Positions 49,616 to 60,931 of a stretch of DNA of 64,000 nt are shown here, piece after piece. The stretch's first letter is position 1, and each line of letters opens with the position of its first letter. The translations under genes and the position numbers were made by a program. The DNA comes from Patescibacteria group bacterium (GTDB lineage: Bacteria; Patescibacteriota; Patescibacteriia; Buchananbacterales; SURF-54), in the NCBI GenBank assembly GCA_018818885.1, contig JAHIRB010000007.1:18357-82356 (forward strand), read 5' to 3'. The notes under the pieces were generated by a model. The model was not told the origin of the DNA. It was given only the letters and a program-made list of their open reading frames with translations, and searched no databases.

Positions 49616-49929
49616 ATTTTTCTAATGATACCTCTGGTTGCTAGCACTTCTACTTTATCTCCATCTTTAAATACTTTGGTAGCAATTTTTGTTCCTACAA
49701 CGCAAGGTATCTTTAATTCCCGCGAAACTATCGCTGCATGACATGTTAGTCCACCAACATTTGTTATAATTGCTCCAGCTTTTTTCATGGCAGGTACCAG
49801 CGCTGGATAAGTTGTTTCAGAAAGCAAGATATCTCCTTGATTCATTTAACCATCAACTAACATAAAAACTGGAAATAAACTTACTTCGTATTCAGAAGCG
49901 ATTATTTCCCATTTTTCGTTTTTTTGCAT
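49612..49929 (-). pseudogene. Internally deleted PEP-utilizer mobile-domain gene
   Basis: 27-codon N-terminal stub, in-frame TAA, then a partial domain with [13 protein letters not shown]. Confidence 0.65.
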
Positions 49930-49931
49930 AT

Positions 49932-51170
49932 TTATTCTGTCAATATTTCAATTGCTTTATCCATCTGTGTATCTACCCCGTTTTCAAAATCTTCTCTAGT
50001 TAATTTTACTTCAACATCTGGAACAATGCCTTCTTCGTTTATATTTGAACCGCTGGGTGTTAACCATTCAGCAATAGTAAGTTTTATCGAAGACCCATCA
50101 TCTAATTTGCGTAAATCTTGAACTGATCCCTTACCAAATGTTTGTTCACCTACAAGTTGTGCTAATTGGTAGTCTTGCAAAGCACCAGCTACGATTTCAG
50201 ACCCAGAGGCTGACCCAATATTTACCAAGACCACTGTTGGAATATTCTTAAATGGCGCGCTACCGCGTGGTCGATGTCCTTCTTGATAGCCATCTCTTTT
50301 CTTTTCAAATACTACCACATCATCCTCTACCCAGGCACCTGCTACTTCAATGGCTGTTCCTAAAAAACCTCCCGGATTATTTCTTAAATCTAAAATTATT
50401 CCATTTGGATTATATTGGATAACTTCATTTATTACTTTGTTAAATTCATCTAAAGTATCTCCATTAAAATATTTTACTTCTATGTATGCTAACCTATTTT
50501 CTTTTTGCTCCCACTCAACTGAAACAACATCAATTTTATCTCTTACTATGCTGATATCAAAAGGTTCGTCTACTTCGTCCCTAAATATTTTTAAAATTAC
50601 TTCTTCACCTTTGGGGCCACGAATTTTGTTTATTGCTTCGTCTAATGTAATGTTGAAAGTACTTTCTCCATCAATGGCAATTACACTATCACCTGCCTTC
50701 AAACCAGCTCTATCTGCTGGTGTATCAGAAAGAGGAGCGATTATTGTTAGTTGATCTTTCCTAATGCCAATTTCTGCACCAATACCTTCAAATGACCCGG
50801 AGAGCTCTTCGTCGAATTTCGCAGCTACTTCAGGTTCTAAAAATACTGAATAAGGATCACCTAAAGATGATACCAACCCCTCCAAAGCTCCGTAAAATAA
50901 ATCTTGATCTGAAATATCTTCTTTAACATAATTTTGCTTAATATGGCTCCAGGTATCAAAAAATAAATTAAAATCAACATCTAACTCAGAAACATTAGGA
51001 TATTGAGTAAGCAATTGTTTGGTGCTGATATTTTTTGTGTAACCTTCCAAACCAAACATATAACCTGCGGAAAATCCAAGAATAATTAGTACTGAAACTA
51101 AAAAGATCATTACAACTACCTTAAAAGGATGTTTTTTCGGTTTTTGATTTTGATTTTGTAAATTTGGCAT
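49932..51170 (-). CDS. S41 C-terminal processing protease with PDZ domain
   Basis: GIGAEI, LDLRNNPGG, SASGSE, TFGKGSVQ. Confidence 0.95.
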   Translation of the reverse strand: MPNLQNQNQKPKKHPFKVVVMIFLVSVLIILGFSAGYMFGLEGYTKNISTKQLLTQYPNVSELDVDFNLFFDTWSHIKQNYVKEDISDQDLFYGALEGLVSSLGDPYSVFLEPEVAAKFDEELSGSFEGIGAEIGIRKDQLTIIAPLSDTPADRAGLKAGDSVIAIDGESTFNITLDEAINKIRGPKGEEVILKIFRDEVDEPFDISIVRDKIDVVSVEWEQKENRLAYIEVKYFNGDTLDEFNKVINEVIQYNPNGIILDLRNNPGGFLGTAIEVAGAWVEDDVVVFEKKRDGYQEGHRPRGSAPFKNIPTVVLVNIGSASGSEIVAGALQDYQLAQLVGEQTFGKGSVQDLRKLDDGSSIKLTIAEWLTPSGSNINEEGIVPDVEVKLTREDFENGVDTQMDKAIEILTE

Positions 51171-51174
51171 TTTT

Positions 51175-52455
51175 TTATATTCTTTTAATATCAGCGCCAA
51201 TTAAATTTAGGCGCAGATCGATTTTTTCGTATCCCCTATCTACTTGATAGATGTTTGATATTTTTGATTTACCTTCTGCCACTAACGCGGCGATGACCAA
51301 GGTCGCACCTGCTCTAAGGTCGGACATTTCCATTTCTTGTCCTGTTAATTTTGATGGCCCGACTATAATTACCCGATGAGGATCACATATTGTTGCATCT
51401 GCTCCCATTTTGATAAGTTCGTTAACATACTTTAGCCTACCCTCATACATCCATTCGTGAATTAAGCTTGTACCTTCTGCCTGTGTCATCATAACAGCAA
51501 AAGGCGGCAATAAATCCGACATAAAGCCTGGGTAAGGCATATCATGCACTCTTTTTACAGCCTTGAGCTTTGAGGCCTTGATTACTATATCTACTAATTT
51601 GTAATGATCTGCTTTTCCTACTTCTTTTATTTCGAAATCTACATTGGCTAGACGAAATTTTTCCATTTCAAGTCGCAAGAAATCAACTGTCGTATGTTTA
51701 ATAGTTATGTTGGATTTAGTAGCAGCTGCTAATGAAATAAATGTTCCAGTTTCAATGGGATCTGGAATTACATTATATTCTATACTTTTTAAATTTTTTA
51801 CTCCCTTAATTTCTAAATCGTGTGAATTCACTAATTTGATTTTTGCTCCTGCTTTATTTAAAAAAGTACACAAATCCTGTATTGAATAACCATAGTCTGC
51901 ATTAAGTAGTTTAATTTTATATTTGCCAACAGTCATGGCCAGTATAACATTGGCAGTGGCAGTAACAGATATTTCTGTTAGTAAAATTTCTGACAGTGGA
52001 TCTTTTGTCTTTTCAAAATATAAAAACTTTTCATCTTGTTTAACAACAAAACCGCATTTCTCAAGAGCTAGTATGTGAGTGTCAAAAGACCTTGCACCAA
52101 TCTGGCATCCACCTGGATAAGGCATTTTAATTGTTTGAAACCGATTAATTAAGCTACCAATAAGTAGCACTGAGGATCGTAATTTGCAGACTGATTCAGA
52201 ATTCATTTTCGTTGGATCTATATTGGCATTATCAATGCTTAGCTTATTTTCTCCAATCCATTCTGCTACAGAACCCATGCTTTCCATGATTTCTAACATA
52301 CGATTAACATCCTCAATTTTGGGCACATTATCTAAAGTTGTTTTTCCGTCAAATAAAAGAGAGGCTGCAATTAAGGCAGTTGCAGCATTTTTTGCGCCAC
52401 TTACAGTGATTTCTCCTGATAGTGGCTTATTGCCTGTTATTTCGAAATTCTCCAT
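51175..52455 (-). CDS. murA: UDP-GlcNAc 1-carboxyvinyltransferase
   Basis: GAKNA, PGGCQIGAR, DLRAGA, DRGYE. Confidence 0.96.
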   Translation of the reverse strand: MENFEITGNKPLSGEITVSGAKNAATALIAASLLFDGKTTLDNVPKIEDVNRMLEIMESMGSVAEWIGENKLSIDNANIDPTKMNSESVCKLRSSVLLIGSLINRFQTIKMPYPGGCQIGARSFDTHILALEKCGFVVKQDEKFLYFEKTKDPLSEILLTEISVTATANVILAMTVGKYKIKLLNADYGYSIQDLCTFLNKAGAKIKLVNSHDLEIKGVKNLKSIEYNVIPDPIETGTFISLAAATKSNITIKHTTVDFLRLEMEKFRLANVDFEIKEVGKADHYKLVDIVIKASKLKAVKRVHDMPYPGFMSDLLPPFAVMMTQAEGTSLIHEWMYEGRLKYVNELIKMGADATICDPHRVIIVGPSKLTGQEMEMSDLRAGATLVIAALVAEGKSKISNIYQVDRGYEKIDLRLNLIGADIKRI

Positions 52456-52587
52456 ATTCTTAATCAGCTATAATATATTTAATTCGCTCAAAGCTATATA
52501 ATAGTCCAATGCTGTAACGAAAGTGGATAATTTGATACAATGTTATTATAATAGTTATTAGTGTAATTTTCAAGACTTAACACTTTT

Positions 52588-53949
52588 ATGAAACTTTGGC
52601 GAAGAAGAGCAGTATATATATCTTTTTTTGTTATATTTTTTATTGGTGCTCCAATACTGATATTTTATACTGCTGGATACAAATTTAATTTTAAGAATTT
52701 TAAGGTTGAAAAAACCGGTATTTTAGTTTTGGAAACAAAGCCAAAAGATGCGAAAATTTATATTAATGATAATCTGGTTGAATACACTACTCCTGCACAG
52801 ATTAATAATTTTCTACCAAATTTTTACCACATTAAGCTTCAAAAAGAAGGTTATCACTCATGGCAGAAAACCTTAAAGTTAGAAAGCAACTTAACTACAT
52901 TTGCTAAAGGAATAATTTTATTTAAACAATCTCTGCCGATCTTAAAGACTTCAGGTGATATTGTTGATATAAAGTACTTGTCTGGTAAGGATAGTGTCTT
53001 GTACTTACTTAAAGACCAAGAAAGATATGAACTCAGGCTATTAAATTTAAATTCAGAAAACGATCAACTTGTTTATAAATTTTTAGCTGGAGAAAATATT
53101 AATTTTAAAAATATTAAGACATCGTCTAATCAAAACAAAATTCTAGTAAATATTAATACTTCCATACCCAAAATTTTAGTAATTAACATAAATACATTAG
53201 AAAGTTCTGATTTATTTGAATTAACTAAAACCAGTTACGAACTAATTCGTTGGAGTGATACTGGTGATGGTGTCATCTATGGCTACAATGCTGGTATACT
53301 TTATCAGATTGACTTAGTTACAAATATTGTAAGCAGAATACTTGCAGCACAAATCAATGATTTTAAAATTGAAAACTTGTATGCTTATTACATCTCACCC
53401 GATAATTTGATCACAAAGATTAATACCATAAATTCAGATGAGATAGAATCTGTGAAATTACCAGCTAATAGTAATTTTTCGTTTGATCTTGAGCCATCTG
53501 ATTATCTTTCTTTAATTGACAAACAAAGCGGTGAATTAATAATATTAGATGATAACGTTTTTGAAACCGAAGATAATGTTTTAGATTCAATTATCATGCA
53601 GGCAGATACTTTTAATACGGTTTGGACCAAAGAAAGTAAAAACTTACTACATTATACTGATTTTGAACTTTGGGTATATAATTTTGATAGTTCAGAAAAT
53701 ACACTGCTGAATCGTATGAGCAAGGATGTTTTAAATGCTTTCTGGTATACTGATAACAAATACGTAGTATATCAAACAAATAATGAAATAAAAATAACGG
53801 AACTGGATTCAAGGGATAAAAGAAATGATACTGTGTTGACAAAGATGGAAAATATTTATGATAGTTTTTTAAGTGATGACGGCGAAAAAGTATATTTTTC
53901 TGGAGTGTTGGGAAATCAACAAGGGATATTTGAACTGCAGATACGTTAA
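52588..53949 (+). CDS. PEGA-domain membrane protein
   Basis: TM, KTG.L.LETKP.DA.IYI, KEGY.SW; beta-rich C-terminus. Confidence 0.8.
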   Translation: MKLWRRRAVYISFFVIFFIGAPILIFYTAGYKFNFKNFKVEKTGILVLETKPKDAKIYINDNLVEYTTPAQINNFLPNFYHIKLQKEGYHSWQKTLKLESNLTTFAKGIILFKQSLPILKTSGDIVDIKYLSGKDSVLYLLKDQERYELRLLNLNSENDQLVYKFLAGENINFKNIKTSSNQNKILVNINTSIPKILVININTLESSDLFELTKTSYELIRWSDTGDGVIYGYNAGILYQIDLVTNIVSRILAAQINDFKIENLYAYYISPDNLITKINTINSDEIESVKLPANSNFSFDLEPSDYLSLIDKQSGELIILDDNVFETEDNVLDSIIMQADTFNTVWTKESKNLLHYTDFELWVYNFDSSENTLLNRMSKDVLNAFWYTDNKYVVYQTNNEIKITELDSRDKRNDTVLTKMENIYDSFLSDDGEKVYFSGVLGNQQGIFELQIR

Positions 53950-53956
53950 ATCTATT

Positions 53957-54036
53957 TGTCATCCTGAACGAAGTGAAGGATTTCACCTTTGACAATAAGC
54001 ATGGGTAAGATTCATCCGGTTCGATTATAATAACAA
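53957..54036. repeat. Degenerate TGTCAT-type REP
   Basis: TGTCATCCTGAACGAAGTGAAGGAT. Confidence 0.55.
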
Positions 54037-54080
54037 AAACAAAACAGACAATATTCATTTGTCTGATTTTTTATTCTTTA

Positions 54081-54794
54081 TTACTTCTTCGCCAAGTAAT
54101 TGGCAGTATCAAGCATGCTATCAAAACTCTCACCAGCATCTCCCCAGAAACCAGTTAACTTCTCGTAGGTCATCTCACCCTTTTGTATATAGTTATTATT
54201 GACATCAGTAATCTCTAATTCTCCCCTACCAGAAGGTTTTAGATCAGTAATAATATCCCACACTTGAGCATCGTACATGTATAGACCTATGACAGCTAAA
54301 TTAGTTTTTGGACTTTCTGGCTTTTCTTCTATGTTAACTATTTTTTCACCTTCTATTTCTGCTACTCCGTAGCTTTTAGGATTATCTACCTCTGACAAAA
54401 AGATTTTGGCGCCTTTTTCTTGATGTTGAAAATTTTCAACTACTGACTTAATATTATCTTCTACTACGTTATCACCCAAAATAACGAGAATCTTTTCATT
54501 ACCAGCAAATTCTTTACATAGACCTAAGGCTTGAGCAATTCCGCCAGGTTTTTCTTGTAAGCCATAAGTAAACTTCGCTCCAAATTCAGAACCATCTTTT
54601 AGTACTTCTAAAAAATCTTCTTTATGATTTACGCCAGTAACAATCATTATTTCTGTAATGCCAGCAGAAACCAAAGTAGTTATGGGATAAAAAATCATCG
54701 GCTTATTATAAACCGGCAAAAGATGCTTATTTGTAACTAATGTTGTGGGGCGAAGTCGTGTGCCTTCTCCGCCTGCTAGTATGATGCCTTTCAT
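54081..54794 (-). CDS. rfbA: Glucose-1-phosphate thymidylyltransferase (short form)
   Basis: LAGGEGTRL, NKHLLPVY, LGDN, PSGRGELEITD. Confidence 0.9.
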   Translation of the reverse strand: MKGIILAGGEGTRLRPTTLVTNKHLLPVYNKPMIFYPITTLVSAGITEIMIVTGVNHKEDFLEVLKDGSEFGAKFTYGLQEKPGGIAQALGLCKEFAGNEKILVILGDNVVEDNIKSVVENFQHQEKGAKIFLSEVDNPKSYGVAEIEGEKIVNIEEKPESPKTNLAVIGLYMYDAQVWDIITDLKPSGRGELEITDVNNNYIQKGEMTYEKLTGFWGDAGESFDSMLDTANYLAKK

Positions 54795-54932
54795 AATGAT
54801 CTAATTATATCACAATGCTTAATTTTATTTAAATATGATTATTTTGTCAATTGAAACTTAAGCCATTGCTTTTTATCAAATAAAGATATATACTAACTGC
54901 TGATCATAATTAATTACTAATTTAAACAAAAT

Positions 54933-55511
54933 ATGAGAAACTTCAACAAAAACAACAGATCTAGTGGGGGTGGTTATAACAGAAGAGATTCTGGTAGACC
55001 AGACATGCACCACGCTGTTTGTGACAAATGCGGCAAGGATTGCGAAGTCCCGTTTAAACCTACTGGTGACAAACCAATCTATTGTAGTGATTGTTTTAAA
55101 AATGTCGAACCTAAAAGATCAGGTGGTCGTGATTTTCAAAGATCTAGTTTTGCGGATAAAAGAATGTATAAAGCTACTTGCGATAAATGTCATAATGAAT
55201 GCGAAGTACCTTTTATGCCAACTAGGGGTAAACCAGTTTATTGCGACAACTGCTTTGTAAGAGAGGATAAACCAAATTCAAGAGGTGGTAGCCCATCTAA
55301 CGATCAGCTTGCTAAAATTAACGCCAAACTAGACGAAATTTTAAAAGCCTTAGGCACAAAAGTAAAGCCAGAAAATAAGGAAGTGCCAGCAAAAGAAGAT
55401 AAACCAAAAAAGTCTGCAACGAAAAAAACTACTACCAAAAAGCCAGTAGCAAAGAAATCCGCCAAAGGCGGATCCGCCTCCGGCAGAAAAGTGGTTAAGA
55501 AAAAGAAATAA
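54933..55511 (+). CDS. Tandem CxxC-x17-CxxC zinc-ribbon protein with Lys-rich tail
   Basis: Two CDKC..CEVPF.P...P.YC..CF repeats. Confidence 0.88.
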   Translation: MRNFNKNNRSSGGGYNRRDSGRPDMHHAVCDKCGKDCEVPFKPTGDKPIYCSDCFKNVEPKRSGGRDFQRSSFADKRMYKATCDKCHNECEVPFMPTRGKPVYCDNCFVREDKPNSRGGSPSNDQLAKINAKLDEILKALGTKVKPENKEVPAKEDKPKKSATKKTTTKKPVAKKSAKGGSASGRKVVKKKK

Positions 55512-55524
55512 CAAACTCACATAC

Positions 55525-55557
55525 AAAAAACTCTCCCGCGAGACAGGAGGGTTTTTT
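55525..55557 (+). terminator. Intrinsic terminator
   Basis: CTCTCC/GGAGGG stem with A and T tracts. Confidence 0.65.
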
Positions 55558-55666
55558 GTTTTACGAGGGTGAAGCATGATATATTGACAAATAAAATAAT
55601 TTTTGCTATATTTAATTCTTGATAACAAGGTTTTTTGAAACGGCCTTTTATTTTTTTATTAAAATT

Positions 55667-57460
55667 ATGGAATACAAAGAAACAAGAAATATAGCTATCA
55701 TTGCTCACGTTGACCACGGTAAGACAACCTTAGTTGATGCAATGATGAAGCAAACCGGAATGGTAGAAGATGGCGTTAGTATGGATTCCAATACTCTAGA
55801 AAAAGAACGCGGCATTACTATTTATGCTAAAAATGCTTCATTAATCTATAAAGAAACTAAAATTAACATCGTGGACACACCTGGCCACGCTGATTTTAGT
55901 TCTGAGGTCGAACGTGTTTTACGTTCTATTGATTCAGTTCTACTTATTGTTGATGCACAAGAAGGCCCCATGCCTCAAACTAGGTTTGTTTTAAAAAAAT
56001 CTTTAGAGCTTGGTTTAAAACCAATAGTTGTTTTAAATAAAATTGATAAACCAGCTGCAAACCCCAACAAAGCCCATGATGATGTTTTAGAATTATTTAT
56101 GGATCTTGGAGCAAACGACAAACAGCTGGATTTTGTTACTATTTATTCCATTGGTATCAAGGGGATAGCCATGAAAAGTTTAAATGATAATACCAAAGAT
56201 ATTACTCCATTACTTGATACTATTTTAGAACATGTGCCTCCATCCCCTCATGACACCAAGGCTCAGCTTAGAATGCAACCTTTTAATCTAGCGTACGACG
56301 ACTATTTGGGTCGTTTAGCAATTGGCAGAATTTACGAAGGTAAGATTTCTAAAACACAAAAAGTTGTTGTTAAAAATTCAGAAGGAAAAAACAGAAAAGC
56401 AAGTATTACCAAACTTTTTACTTTTTATGGTTTTGAAAGGCAAGAAGTTCAAACAGCTAATGCTGGGGACATCATAATGGCTGCGGGGATAGAAGATATT
56501 GATATTGGTGAAACAATTTGTGAAAGTGAAGATCAAAAAGCTTTACCAGCAATTTCAATTGACGAACCCACAATTTCTTTAGACTTACTTGTAAACAACT
56601 CTCCTTTTGCCGGTTTGGACGGAACCTATGTTACAAACAATCAGCTCAATGAGCGACTAAGAAAAGAATTAGAAGTAAATGTCGGCTTAGTCATTGATTT
56701 TTCTTGCGGGGACAGCTATCGAATTCATGGTCGTGGCGAAATGCATATAGCAATTTTGCTAGAAAACATGAGACGAGAAGGATACGAAATGCAAATTTCT
56801 CAACCACATGTTATCACAAAAACAATTAAAGGTAAGTTACACGAACCATTCGAAGAAGTAACTATTGATATTCCAAGTGAATTTTCTGGTCTAGTAATTG
56901 AAAAACTTTCTAAGCGTGGTGGCAGGATGACAGACATGCATCAAAGTGAAACTCAAAATCGTTTGTTGTTTGAAATCCCAACCAGAGGAATACTTGGCTA
57001 TCGAGGTGAATTTATTATTGACACTCGAGGCGAAGGTATAATGGCTTCTAGAGTTATTGATTTTAAACCCCATGTAGGAAATATACAAAAGAAAAGTACT
57101 GGTTCTATGATTTCAATGGCAACTGGAAAAGCTTTAGGGTTTTCACTTGATAATTTGCAAACTCGTGGAAAATTATTCATTGGGCCAACAGTTGAAGTTT
57201 ACGAAGGCATGGTTATTGGTAATGTCTCCAAAGGAGATGATATGGCTGTAAACCCAATCAAAGGTAAACAATTAACTAACATGCGTTCTTCTGGTGCTGA
57301 TGATGCAATTTCCTTAACTCCTCCAATTAAATTAACTATTGAAAGTGGTATGGAAATAATGAATGATGATGAATATTTAGAAATTACTCCTAAAAATATT
57401 AGGCTTAGAAAACAGCTTCTTAAAGAGGTTGATAGAGTTAGAGCTTTTAGAAAAAAATAA
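55667..57460 (+). CDS. typA: Translational GTPase TypA/BipA
   Basis: [31 protein letters not shown]. Confidence 0.96.
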   Translation: MEYKETRNIAIIAHVDHGKTTLVDAMMKQTGMVEDGVSMDSNTLEKERGITIYAKNASLIYKETKINIVDTPGHADFSSEVERVLRSIDSVLLIVDAQEGPMPQTRFVLKKSLELGLKPIVVLNKIDKPAANPNKAHDDVLELFMDLGANDKQLDFVTIYSIGIKGIAMKSLNDNTKDITPLLDTILEHVPPSPHDTKAQLRMQPFNLAYDDYLGRLAIGRIYEGKISKTQKVVVKNSEGKNRKASITKLFTFYGFERQEVQTANAGDIIMAAGIEDIDIGETICESEDQKALPAISIDEPTISLDLLVNNSPFAGLDGTYVTNNQLNERLRKELEVNVGLVIDFSCGDSYRIHGRGEMHIAILLENMRREGYEMQISQPHVITKTIKGKLHEPFEEVTIDIPSEFSGLVIEKLSKRGGRMTDMHQSETQNRLLFEIPTRGILGYRGEFIIDTRGEGIMASRVIDFKPHVGNIQKKSTGSMISMATGKALGFSLDNLQTRGKLFIGPTVEVYEGMVIGNVSKGDDMAVNPIKGKQLTNMRSSGADDAISLTPPIKLTIESGMEIMNDDEYLEITPKNIRLRKQLLKEVDRVRAFRKK

Positions 57461-57477
57461 CTTAAGATATTCCGAAT

Positions 57478-57510
57478 AAAAAACTTCCCCGTTTTGCGAG
57501 GGAAGTTTTT
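57478..57510. terminator. Bidirectional terminator
   Basis: AAAAACTTCCC...GGGAAGTTTTT. Confidence 0.75.
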
Positions 57511-57531
57511 AATTTGACGATATTTCTTCTA

Positions 57532-57894
57532 TTAATTTTGTATCAAACCAGTGCACCGCCAGTTTACTTCTACGTTTTTGGTAACTTCTGAAATCACGCA
57601 GGCAGGATTACAGCCGTCATTTTCCAACTCTGGCATTCTTTCTATATCTATCCACCAGGTTTTTGTGTTTTCATTATAAAAAATATCCTGATGAGAGGGT
57701 ATACCTGCCATTGTGCAATTTTTGGTGTTGCCTGCAATCTGCTGTGCCTCTTCTTTTGTTAGTGTATTGGGTTTTCCTACATTGATATCTGGCTGGGGAG
57801 TTTCTTTAGGTTGCATCCCTAACAACATATACAAAATAAAACCTGATACTGTCAGTCCCATTAAAATGATGATAGTTATAATTGCTTTTGCCAT
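57532..57894 (-). CDS. Hypothetical exported protein
   Basis: N-terminal TM; TWWID, GCNPACV, NWRCTG. Confidence 0.75.
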   Translation of the reverse strand: MAKAIITIIILMGLTVSGFILYMLLGMQPKETPQPDINVGKPNTLTKEEAQQIAGNTKNCTMAGIPSHQDIFYNENTKTWWIDIERMPELENDGCNPACVISEVTKNVEVNWRCTGLIQN

Positions 57895-57896
57895 AA

Positions 57897-58292
57897 TTAT
57901 AAATTTAAGTAAGTAATTGTTAACTGCAAAACTGTGGCAAACAAAACCCACAAAAGATAAGGAATTTGAATATAAGCAATCCAGCGTGAATGCGGATAAA
58001 TTGCCACCATTGCCCAGATCAAAGTTGCTAAGACAAGCACGATATCAACAGCAGCCAAATAATTATTTTTTAAACCAAACTGCAATGGAGTAAAAGAAAA
58101 ATTAAATATAAGATTTAACACAAACGGCAAAGCTATAATTATCGGTATTTGCTTTTTAATTGCCATCCAAAAAACTTTGCCAAATGAAATTGCGATTAGA
58201 ACATATAGGAATGTCCAAACAGGCCCAAACAACCAAGAAGGTGGAGACCACGAAGGTTTTATTAATTGTTGATACCAACTGTATGTTTCCAT
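57897..58292 (-). CDS. TspO/MBR family membrane protein
   Basis: WY..L.KPSWSPP.W.FGPVWT.LY, PYLLW. Confidence 0.92.
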   Translation of the reverse strand: METYSWYQQLIKPSWSPPSWLFGPVWTFLYVLIAISFGKVFWMAIKKQIPIIIALPFVLNLIFNFSFTPLQFGLKNNYLAAVDIVLVLATLIWAMVAIYPHSRWIAYIQIPYLLWVLFATVLQLTITYLNL

Positions 58293-58383
58293 AAGTTAAT
58301 TATAGCATGGTTATGAGTAGTAAGTAGTAAGCTGTAAGATATAAATTACTTTTGCATACTTACTGCTTAAGACTTACAACTTA

Positions 58384-58587
58384 CTACTTTTTTGGTGTTA
58401 AAATATTTTGCACTCTACCTACTAACCCAGACTTCAAACGCACTTTAATGCCACGGTGATGTTGTGCAGAACTAGTTAAAAGATCCTTAACAATACCTTG
58501 GGATAGTTCTCCAGTACCTTGATGGTGTTTTTGGACAATTTCAACGTGTTGACCAGGATATATGTTTTTTCTAATAGTTGGATCCAT
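58384..58587 (-). CDS. YwbE family protein
   Basis: Q.TG.L..G.V..LLT.S..H.RGIKVRL..G.VGRVQ. Confidence 0.88.
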   Translation of the reverse strand: MDPTIRKNIYPGQHVEIVQKHHQGTGELSQGIVKDLLTSSAQHHRGIKVRLKSGLVGRVQNILTPKK

Positions 58588-58709
58588 AATTTGTTAATTA
58601 TAGCACAATTATATTCTTGATTGACAGTTAGTTGACAAAAATGTTTTTTTGTAGTAAAGTACATTATTGAGTTTAGCAGTTCTTTGACTTCAATAAAAAT
58701 CCAAAGGAA

Positions 58710-59369
58710 ATGGAGGTGAATCTATTGAGATGGACAGAGGTTTTTAAGGTCTTAATCTTTGACCTCGACGAAACACTGTATAGCTCAGAAAAACTTCGCC
58801 TCATGATGAGGCAATTCTTTTTTGACTATGTTACAAAGCACAGCGACCTGTCGATACAGGAACTCTTAAATTTGCAGGAAGTGCATGGCATGAGAAAAAC
58901 CTGCCAAATTATAGGGTTTGACTTTGTATCTTATCTAGATGTACTCTCAGCGAACATTGATCCTTATCCCCATGTCAAACCTTATCAACCACTACGACCA
59001 CTGCTTGAAAATCTCAAAAGTTGGTTCAACCTGAGATACTTTGTGGTTACACACAATAGCGAAAAGCTAGCTCACAAAATTATTAATGCTATCTCTTTAG
59101 ATGGAAAACTTTTCGAAGCTATTGTCACACCAGAAACACTCGAGATATGCTTTGATAAGTACCACAAAGAATTTTGGGAAGCATTCTGCGAAGAGTACGG
59201 GATCGATCCGAACCAATGTCTCGCTGTAGGAGACAGATTGAAGACAGATATTGAAGCTCCAGCTAAAGCTGGCATAACTGCTGGATTTCTGGTTCATAAT
59301 GGACCGCGTGACATATCCAGTAAGTTGATACCTACCCTCCAACAACTCGCCCATCAAAAAAAGCCCTAA
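58710..59369 (+). CDS. HAD family hydrolase
   Basis: FDLDETL, VGDRLKTDI; own promoter, GGAGGTG SD and terminator; start may lie slightly downstream. Confidence 0.85.
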   Translation: MEVNLLRWTEVFKVLIFDLDETLYSSEKLRLMMRQFFFDYVTKHSDLSIQELLNLQEVHGMRKTCQIIGFDFVSYLDVLSANIDPYPHVKPYQPLRPLLENLKSWFNLRYFVVTHNSEKLAHKIINAISLDGKLFEAIVTPETLEICFDKYHKEFWEAFCEEYGIDPNQCLAVGDRLKTDIEAPAKAGITAGFLVHNGPRDISSKLIPTLQQLAHQKKP

Positions 59370-59405
59370 GCAATCTAAAGAAACACGATTGTTTAGGGCT
59401 TGCTT

Positions 59406-60257
59406 TTATTTTAAGTATTCTCTTAGCGCGTCTTCCCAACTGCTCAATTTTTCAGCTTTAGTATTAATGAGTACGGCATGTTCTGGTCTTTTGGCTTTAT
59501 CTGGTCGTTCTGCGGTCTTCACGGCTTTTATATCAACCGTAATATTTTTTAAAGCAAATATTTTTTGAGCAAATTCATACCAGCTTACTCCCAATTTTTC
59601 AGCTTCGTTAACTAAGTGATATATGCCAAATGGCTTTTTATTTTCTATTAATTGAAGGACTGCTTGAGCTAAATCAACTGTATAAGTAGGTTTTCCGAAT
59701 TGATCGTCAACTACTTCTAACTGCTTATTTTTTGCTGCTAGTTTCAACATCAAATCTACAAAATTCATACCACGTGGTTTACCAACTTGAGGATTTTTAC
59801 CATAAAGCCATGAACTTCTTACTAAATAATATTTCTGACAGTTCTTCTGTAATAATTCTTCCCCTAACGCTTTTGATTTACCATACACGTTGATTGGGTT
59901 AGGTTTTGATGTTTCGTCATATACATCTTTTTCTTGACCATCAAAAACATATTCAGTACTTATGCTAACTAGTATTGCATCAATCTGGCTTGCAGTTTTT
60001 GCTAATTCCCCTACTGCGTGGCCATTAATTTGATTAGCTAGCTCTTCGTTGGTTTCTGCGCCATCAACATTTGTGTATCCAGTGGCATTAATAATAATTT
60101 CCGGTTTCAATTCAGAAATTTTTTGTACGATTTGATCGCTGTCTGTTATATCTAAATCTTCTATATCCCACGCAGTTACATCAAAGTCTAAAAATGCTTG
60201 AACCAAGTCTCGTCCAAGCATGCCATTTGATCCTAAAATTAAGATTTTTTCTGCCAT
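59406..60257 (-). CDS. rfbD: dTDP-4-dehydrorhamnose reductase
   Basis: GSNGMLG, STEYVFDG, YGKSK, DQFGKPT. Confidence 0.95.
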   Translation of the reverse strand: MAEKILILGSNGMLGRDLVQAFLDFDVTAWDIEDLDITDSDQIVQKISELKPEIIINATGYTNVDGAETNEELANQINGHAVGELAKTASQIDAILVSISTEYVFDGQEKDVYDETSKPNPINVYGKSKALGEELLQKNCQKYYLVRSSWLYGKNPQVGKPRGMNFVDLMLKLAAKNKQLEVVDDQFGKPTYTVDLAQAVLQLIENKKPFGIYHLVNEAEKLGVSWYEFAQKIFALKNITVDIKAVKTAERPDKAKRPEHAVLINTKAEKLSSWEDALREYLK

Positions 60258-60931
60258 GCTTTTGAAAGTAGTTTAGCAATTTCTTTTTTAAATTTGATTT
60301 GCTGTGATATTGGATTGACTAATTCTAAACAAATATATTTTGAAAAATATTTCTTGGGAATATTTATAACATACTTTAGTTCATCTAAATTTTTTGCTTC
60401 ATGCCAGCTTTCTCCGTCTTTTCTTACTGCACTCAAGTGATTGCATCCAATCTTAAAATTCTCAGCCGATTTTTGCGACATAACGTAACATTCTTTTTCT
60501 GTAAGTCGAAACTGTTCATGATGAGAAAGATCAATACATACTCCTCCAACCTGGTTAAGTTTTGATAATTTCTCTATTTTGTGCTTTTTCCAATTATTTT
60601 CTATATAAATTTTCTTTTTGTGTTTAGAATTTTTAAAAAAATCAATGTATTGATAATGAAGCGTAAAAGCTTTTGTTTTATAATTTTTGACAAAATAATC
60701 GAGCTCATCTTCTGATTCTTCTTGTCTGATGTGCACATGCGGTATTGAATTTACCAAAGTATTTTCAAGAGCTTGATATATCCTTTTGCGCTCATTAATC
60801 TTAGCTCCGGTTAGAAATAAGCTAATTTCTTTTAGCTTCAATCTTTTCACATCTGCTATACTTTTTTCCCAATCTCCTAACCAAGTTACAACCGAAGGAT
60901 AAATTATTTTTAATATGTCTGATTCTTTCAT
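60239..60931 (-). CDS. Hypothetical protein, possible TIM barrel
   Basis: IEN, CIDLSH, HLS, CLE pattern. Confidence 0.7.
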   Translation of the reverse strand: MKESDILKIIYPSVVTWLGDWEKSIADVKRLKLKEISLFLTGAKINERKRIYQALENTLVNSIPHVHIRQEESEDELDYFVKNYKTKAFTLHYQYIDFFKNSKHKKKIYIENNWKKHKIEKLSKLNQVGGVCIDLSHHEQFRLTEKECYVMSQKSAENFKIGCNHLSAVRKDGESWHEAKNLDELKYVINIPKKYFSKYICLELVNPISQQIKFKKEIAKLLSKAWQKKS

